A stretch of DNA of 64,000 nucleotides from Ostrea edulis (lineage: Eukaryota). The position numbers and the translations under genes were made by a program. The notes below the pieces were generated by a model. It did no database searches, was not told where the DNA came from, and saw nothing but the letters and a program-made list of their open reading frames with translations. Positions 61,252 to 64,000 of this stretch are shown here, piece by piece. Each line of letters starts with the position of its first letter. Positions within the stretch are counted from its first letter, which is position 1. The stretch is taken from contig NC_079167.1 in NCBI RefSeq assembly GCF_947568905.1, positions 19,902,001-19,966,000 of the forward strand, in the 5' to 3' direction.

Positions 61252-63137
61252 TCATAAAGCAGTCATTGTCTGAGCCTCATCACAAAGATTACGTAACCGT
61301 GGTGACAGTTTTTGGTGGATGGAGCAGTTCATGCCTACCACTCCAGCAAGATCACACATCTGAAATGCAAAGAGGGAAATATTCAGACAATTCCGTAGAC
61401 TTGCACCACATGCAGGCAATGAAGATGCATCCCTATTTTGTTAGGAAATTTAATACAACATGAAGGGCTATGATGATGCATCCTTATTTTGTTAAGAAAT
61501 TTGATATTTTCTTATTTATGTGGATTGATTTTCCTATTATTAATTAATTTGGTGTGACATATTTTCTTTTAAACCTGCCATTACATGTATAAAAACTTGG
61601 TGTGACATATTTTCTTTTGTACATGTCATTACATGTATAATAATTTGGCTTGATATATTTTCTTTTGAACGTGCTGTTGCACATATGACAATATGGTTTG
61701 ACATATTTTCTTCTGAACTTGCTGTTCCATGTATAATAATTTGATTTGATAAGTAATGAGACGTAAATCAACACTGCTGACCTCCTCGTTATTCTTCATC
61801 AGCTGCAGTAAAGCAATCATCAGGTTGTACGCTGAAATAAATAAATCCCACATCTATTAAAGTCTTCCATCTCATAAAAAAATTCATATTTTGATTGGCA
61901 AATCTACAAGTATTATTAACACGCGAGTTACTTTTTTTGTCAGTACACATCAAATTTTGTTAATCTGCTATAATTGCAGCTTGGACAGTAAATTACCGCT
62001 TGTTTCTGGGAGGTCTTTCTGGAGACATTCCAGGATAGCACTGCCAAGTTCCACCTGCGTATCTTCTGGTAACTATAAATATCAGAATGCCATGAATTTA
62101 ATAGGCATGACAAAGCATCCATATGAATGTTCAAGTTGTAAACATACTGTCATAGGAAATGTACACAAATATGTAATACCTACAAATAGTGTTACAGATC
62201 AAAATAAATCCAAAGTATTTACTGAGGTTGTAGACGGAAGATTTTCTAACAGATTGTAAACTGAGGATTACCTGATATCTACAAAGGTTGTAAGCCAGGG
62301 CCGCAGCCTTGCTGTAGACTTCCTGGTTGTCATGGAGAAGGGCTCCAACACACATTTCTGGACAAAGTAGTTTGAGATTACTTTGTTCTCCACCCTCACT
62401 GTCTATCAGAAAGCTGTGTCCCATTTCAGTACTGCTGCAGTTTGTTAACTAGTCAAGTATAGAATATATAGTCCTCATTATCAGTCTTGATGAAGCTAGG
62501 CCTTACAGTGTGCAAGAAATAATTGGGACAAAAACTATGAATTGCAATAAAATTCCAAAATGAGTTCAGTGACCTATTTTTGGGAGGTGACACACCTTAC
62601 ACCCAAGATGCATCAACTGACCAAGATTAATATTTGAATATGTATAGCCATAAATTTTCAGGAGATTTCAGCAGGACTCAAAGGAATTATGGATTGGGGC
62701 AATGTGTTGCTCCTAAGAAGCAGAATTATAATGCAAATGAAAAAAAAACCAAACTGCTTTGTGTATACAATAGCTATTGCTCCATGCAGAGCACGTTAAC
62801 TCACCACTTTTAGTAGCCCCATCTGTACTGTCTCCGTAAGCTCCTTGTAATGTAACAATACGCTGTTGATTAACTTGGTGGGTTCATTTTGTAACAGTTC
62901 AACGTAGTCCTCAATTAACACAAGTTCCTGCAGAAGCACACATATCTCCCCCCTCAACTTATCACCCATGCGTCCATCTCCTATCACTTTGTGGATGGTT
63001 TGAACATGTTCTTTACACAAGGACCAAGATGGTGACACTGTTCCTAGATAGTCAAACATGTCTGAAACTAGGCTTGCTTCCTTAGCAGACAGTTTATTAT
63101 GTACATCATCCAGAAGGGGCTTTTTGGAGGGTCTTTC
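61252..63137 (-). CDS. PUL-domain protein, 3' part (similar to invertebrate PPPDE/DeSI-PUL proteins; PLAA-type PUL fold); 5' exons not found in this window
   Basis: Phase-consistent minus-strand exons: 63137-62805 (ERPSKK...MGLLKV), 62448-62272 (LTNCSSTEMG...ALLHDNQEVYSKAAALAYNLCRYQ), 62072-61997 (LPEDTQVELGSAILECLQK), 61831-61782 (AYNLMIALLQLMKNNEE), 61359-61252 (MCDLAGVVG...TAL*). Confidence 0.8.
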
Positions 63138-63709
63138 CTGGAATTTACATGATTTTGCTATAAACAAACAATAGTAAACATGCCAATGTTATAATATATA
63201 TGATGTATTCCTATTAGCAACAAATGCCTTAAAGCTATCATGAGGGCAGCAAAAAAGAACTCGCGTCAATAAATCTAATCAATAGGCTTCATTAAGTTAT
63301 CAACTTTTCCCATTATTTTCAATGACTGTGAATAAGTATAACATCTGAGAAATGATAGATCTTTAAAAAAAAAAAATATCAACTTTAACTTTGTTAAAAA
63401 AAAAATCATGAAAATCTGGCTTATAATACCTTTGTTGTTATCAGATACCTTTACCTGGCATGAATTCACACCTGTATCTCTGATATACACATGTACCTGT
63501 TTCACACCTGTATCTCTAATATACACATGTACATGTTTCAATGCTTTATAATAAAAGTCACAGTTGAATAGGGTGAAAACGTCAACGGGTGGAAATTGTA
63601 AAGAAAACCTCTAGCAAGCATGCTAGTACACACTATAAAGGATCAAGGATAATAAAGGTAACCATGCACATTAAGGAATGATAAAGCAAGATAACACATT
63701 AAGAGATGA

Positions 63710-63862
63710 AAGGTGAAGATAACGAACAGTGATCAATCTCATAACTCCTATAAGCAAGTAATAGAGTTCGACAAACACAGACCCCTGGATACACCAGAGG
63801 TGGTATCTGAAACTAGGAGGAGTAAGCATCCCCTGTCGACCGGTCACACCCGTCGTGAACCC
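63710..63862 (+). mobile_element. Common oyster non-autonomous repeat fragment
   Basis: gtgaagataacgaacagtgatcaatctcataactcc...cctggatacaccagaggtgg...ggaggagtaagcatcccctg; the same family is inserted at 55914. Confidence 0.75.
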
Positions 63863-63869
63863 CATATCT

Positions 63870-63980
63870 TGATAAAGCAAGATAACCATGTTAACACACA
63901 TTGAGAGATGATGGATAAAGCAAGATAACCATGTTAACACACATTGAGAGATGATGGATAAAGCAAGATAACCATGTTAA
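63870..63980. repeat. 43-bp tandem repeat, ~2.5 copies
   Basis: Unit gataaagcaagataaccatgttaacacacattgagagatgatg. Confidence 0.85.
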
Positions 63981-64000
63981 AGGGACTGATTCACGATTTT

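Noticed and set aside
61629-61781. Read-through of the PUL exon to a stop at 61629
   Set aside because: A GAG|GTCAGC donor at 61782 and a clean downstream exon (61359-61252) fit better; the read-through crosses an intronic repeat.

Overview
AT-rich, intron-rich metazoan genomic DNA. The repeat families resemble those I know from oysters (Ostreidae); this is pattern recognition, not a database hit. Left to right: (1) the 3' exons of a DEG/ENaC-family ion channel (3.4-10.2 kb, +) among minisatellites; (2) a TE-rich interval (10-20 kb); (3) a ~10 kb inverted segmental duplication (arm 1 20744-30647; arm 2 49483-59859, ~2% diverged in the larger ORF). Each arm carries a head-to-head pair of intronless ORFs: a divergent F-BAR + SH3 (PACSIN/syndapin-like) protein and a ~295-aa orphan protein. 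(4) A complete 24-exon TBL3/UTP13 gene starts inside arm 1 and fills the spacer between the arms. Its promoter and exon 1 are copied in arm 2, where they point antisense into TBL3's own 3' end. (5) The last five exons of a PUL-domain gene (61.2-63.1 kb, -). Other notable patterns: intronic tandem arrays built from exon-intron junctions, including 15 perfect CAG|GTAAGT donors in a row; MITEs whose TSDs can be confirmed against empty sites in the other arm; and a Crypton-like ORF cut off exactly at the duplication breakpoint. All exon models, alignments and substitution counts were done by eye. No searches were run.
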